NCBI GenBank assembly: GCA_963845755.1
Contig: CAWJTV010000011.1
Coordinates: 1,216,001-1,280,000, forward strand
Direction: 5' to 3'
Length of the DNA: 64,000 nt
Source: an uncultured Planctomycetota bacterium
GTDB taxonomy: Bacteria > Planctomycetota > Planctomycetia > Isosphaerales > Isosphaeraceae
How positions within the stretch are numbered: position 1 is the first letter of the stretch; every line of letters starts with the position of its first letter. A program made the position numbers and the translations under genes. Positions 61,447 through 64,000 of the stretch are shown one piece after another. The notes beneath the pieces are model-generated. The model was not told the DNA's origin and did not search any database. It saw nothing but the letters and a program-made list of their open reading frames with translations.

Positions 61447-61708
61447 GACGAGAGAAGGGGGGCGCGCTGATGAGCACGCCCCGGCGTCGAGTGCGGAAAG
61501 GGGTCTGGAGTCGAGACTCGGAATCGGCTTCAGGCTCATTTGTCATCTCCATGAGGATGGGCGACACGGATTTCGAAGAAGCGATGAGGGGCACCGACTT
61601 CCCAGAGCCGGTGGGCCGATCGCACCTCGCCAGGACGTGCGGCCGGCGGTTACGATAGGGCCGAGCCAGGAATGTTTTCTGATCGCGTCCCCGAGGAGAG
61701 AATCACCG

Positions 61709-62170
61709 GTGGAATCCCTCACGACGGCTCCGGATAACGTCGAGTCCGCGACGACCCGATCCACAATCGTGGCCTTCCGGCTCACGATGGCCTCGATCTG
61801 GACCATCGTGATCCTGGTCCTGTGCTGGATGCCCGGCGAGTGGATCCAGGAGGTCGAGCAAGGGTCGCCCTGGTTCGAGATCCCCGACCTCGACAAGGTG
61901 GTCCACTGGGGGATCTTCGTCGTCTTCGCCGTCCTCTGGCTGCGGCTCGGGACCTCGCGATGGCGGTATGCCTGGGTCGCGCTGGGTGGCCTGGCCGTGG
62001 CGGCGATCAGCGAGCTCGTGCAGAACCTGCCGTGGGTCGGGCGAGACGGGGAAATCGGTGACGGCATCACCGACATGGTCGGTGTCTTGCTCGGCCTGAT
62101 CGTCGCTCGCTGGCTCGAGCCCCTGCTGCGCGGGTTGGAATCCCGCCTGTTCCGGGGTTCGACCTCATGA
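61709..62170 (+). CDS. VanZ-like membrane protein
   Basis: DKVVHWGIF, SELVQ...GR...D...DMVG. Confidence 0.8.
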   Translation: MESLTTAPDNVESATTRSTIVAFRLTMASIWTIVILVLCWMPGEWIQEVEQGSPWFEIPDLDKVVHWGIFVVFAVLWLRLGTSRWRYAWVALGGLAVAAISELVQNLPWVGRDGEIGDGITDMVGVLLGLIVARWLEPLLRGLESRLFRGSTS

Positions 62171-62229
62171 GGCGGCCGTCGTGATGCGCGTGCAGCAACC
62201 CTCCGGATGCCCGGGAAAGGGATACAGCG

Positions 62230-64000
62230 ATGATGCGAGACTCGTGCCGGTTGCGCAGGCCGGTGGTGACGATCGGGATCAGCCTCTGGGGGATCGTTGC
62301 GATGGCGGCACCGCTCGCCGCCCGGGAGGGCGGTCGGGCGTTGTCCCTGGGCTGGGACAAGGAGATGTTGACGATCCGCGGGAAACACCTGCCCGGCGGC
62401 GCGCTCGAGGTCTGGTACATCGAGGCTTACTGCCGCCCCGGTTCGACACATCGTGATTGGAAGCAAACCGTCATCCCTCACAAGACGGAACGGATCGCGG
62501 CCGACGCCGACGGCCGTCGCATCGCGCTCCGCTCGCGACTGGACGACGGCGTGGTGGTCGACCACGAGATCCGGGCCGGGCGGGACGAGGTCGATTTCCG
62601 GGTGGTCGCGACCAACCCGACCGCGGTCGAGTCCCGGGCGCAATGGGCACAGCCCTGCATCCGCGTTGACCGGTACGCGGGCACCCGGGCCGAGCGGGTC
62701 CGAAGCCTATCTGCCCCGGTGTTTCCTCTACGTCAACGGCAGGCCAACCCGGATGCCCACGACGCCCTGGGCCCTCTCCGCGCTCTACACGCCGGGCCAG
62801 GTCTGGTGTCCCGAAGGAGTCAGCCGTGATGATGTGAATCCGCGTCCGTTGAGTTCCATCGTCCCGTCCAGCGGCCTGATCGGCTGCGTCTCGGCGGACG
62901 GCAAGGAGATGCTGGCCACCGCCTGGGAACCCTACCAGGAGCTGTTCCAGGGCGTCATCGTCTGCCTGCATTCCGACTTCCGGATCGGCGGATTGAAGCC
63001 GGGCGAATCGAAGACGATCCGCGGCAAGATCTACCTGATGCCGGCCGATTTCGCGGAGCTGGAGGCGCGGTACCGCAAGGATTTTCCCGAGCAAGTCCGC
63101 CGGAATCCCCCGGCCAATCCCGGCGCGGCGGCGAAGACGCTTATCGAGTTCGGCTGGGATGAGCCCGGGACCGCCTTCCTGCGCAGCCACCGCGCCGAGC
63201 TCGAGGCCACGCCGTTCGACGGCTGTGTCTTCCACGTCGACGCGCATCCGGCCCGGGGAGCACCGGTCAGCTTCACCTGGCGCGGCTGGGGCCGGCGGTC
63301 GTTCTCCGCCGATGAGCTGACGTCGGCGCGCGGCGACCTGGAGTCGCTGGGCCGGTCGCGGTTCCGACACAACTTCCTCCGATTCAACGTGACGCCCGCC
63401 GACCTCGACTGGTTCGACGACCACGCGGCGGTCGTCAACAATGCCGGGCTCGCCGCCCAACTCGCCCGCGCCGGTCACTGCCGGGGAATCCTGTTCGACA
63501 CCGAGCAATACGAGGGGAAGCTCTTCGAGTACGCGAAGCAGCGCGATGCGAAGCGGCGCACCTGGGACGACTACGCCGCCCAGGCCCGCCGTCGCGGCCG
63601 CGAGGTCATGACCGCCTTCCAGGAGGGATTCCCCGACCTCACCGTGTTCCTGACCTTCGGGCACAGCCTCCTCTGGAAGCAGACCGAGCACGGGAAGACG
63701 CCGCTGGCCGAGTGCCGCTACGGCCTGCTCGTCCCCTTCCTCGACGGCATGATCGACGCCGCCAAGGGCCGGGCGCGAATCATCGATGGACACGAGATGT
63801 CCTATGGATACCGAGACGCCGATGCCTTCGCGCAGGCCCGCCGAACGATCCGGCACGACGCCGCGACCCTGGCCGCCGACCGCGCGGCCTATCAACGCGT
63901 GGTCTCCGCCGGCTTCGGGCTCTGGCTCGATTACGACTGGCGGAAGGAGGGATGGAGCACCGCCGACACCGGGAAGAACTACTTCTCTCCCGGACGATTC
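62230..64000 (+). CDS. Secreted two-domain hypothetical protein (frameshift at about 62695; runs off the window)
   Basis: Signal peptide; frame continues to the window end with KTLIEFGWDEP...PFDG...GILFDTEQYE...IIDGHEMSYGY, suggesting a TIM-barrel hydrolase-like second domain. Confidence 0.65.

Overview
High-GC bacterial DNA, almost certainly from a planctomycete (likely Isosphaeraceae; this is an inference). Supporting markers are DUF1559 prepilin-like genes, DUF1501, a planctomycete-type ECF sigma/Ser-Thr kinase pair, a PEP-CTERM protein and a TPR-multiheme protein. Many conserved genes (gltB, gltD, lon, sulfite reductase and others) are split by single frameshifts, most simply explained as uncorrected long-read indel errors, so genes are reported as reconstructed units. 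In order, the window holds: the 3' part of glutamine synthetase III; a small-gene patch (DUF433, hicBA); a GDPD; gltBD with an upstream LysR regulator; an MqsRA-like toxin-antitoxin pair; a cluster of TPR-heptaheme cytochrome, lipoprotein, DUF1559, two TPR proteins and a GT-C-like membrane protein; and a mobile island (about 25.2-31 kb). The island has IS3 remnants, an intact IS4 with a 10-bp target duplication, a half attC-like site and two tandem paralogous single-heme proteins. After it come sulfite reductase, a LolA-like gene, a paralogous pair ending in DUF11, ECF sigma-kinase-PEP-CTERM, DUF1501, a HEPN plus partner pair, atypical DUF1559-like genes, an amidohydrolase, an M50 protease, lon, DUF374, an AraC/aldo-keto reductase/PQQ dehydrogenase/DUF2255/cupin cluster, an O-methyltransferase, ArsR-SRPBCC, VanZ and a truncated two-domain gene. 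Several palindromic elements with heptamer-repeat arms are scattered through the window; one sits in frame inside a gene and two supply stop codons. No rRNA, tRNA or CRISPR array was seen.
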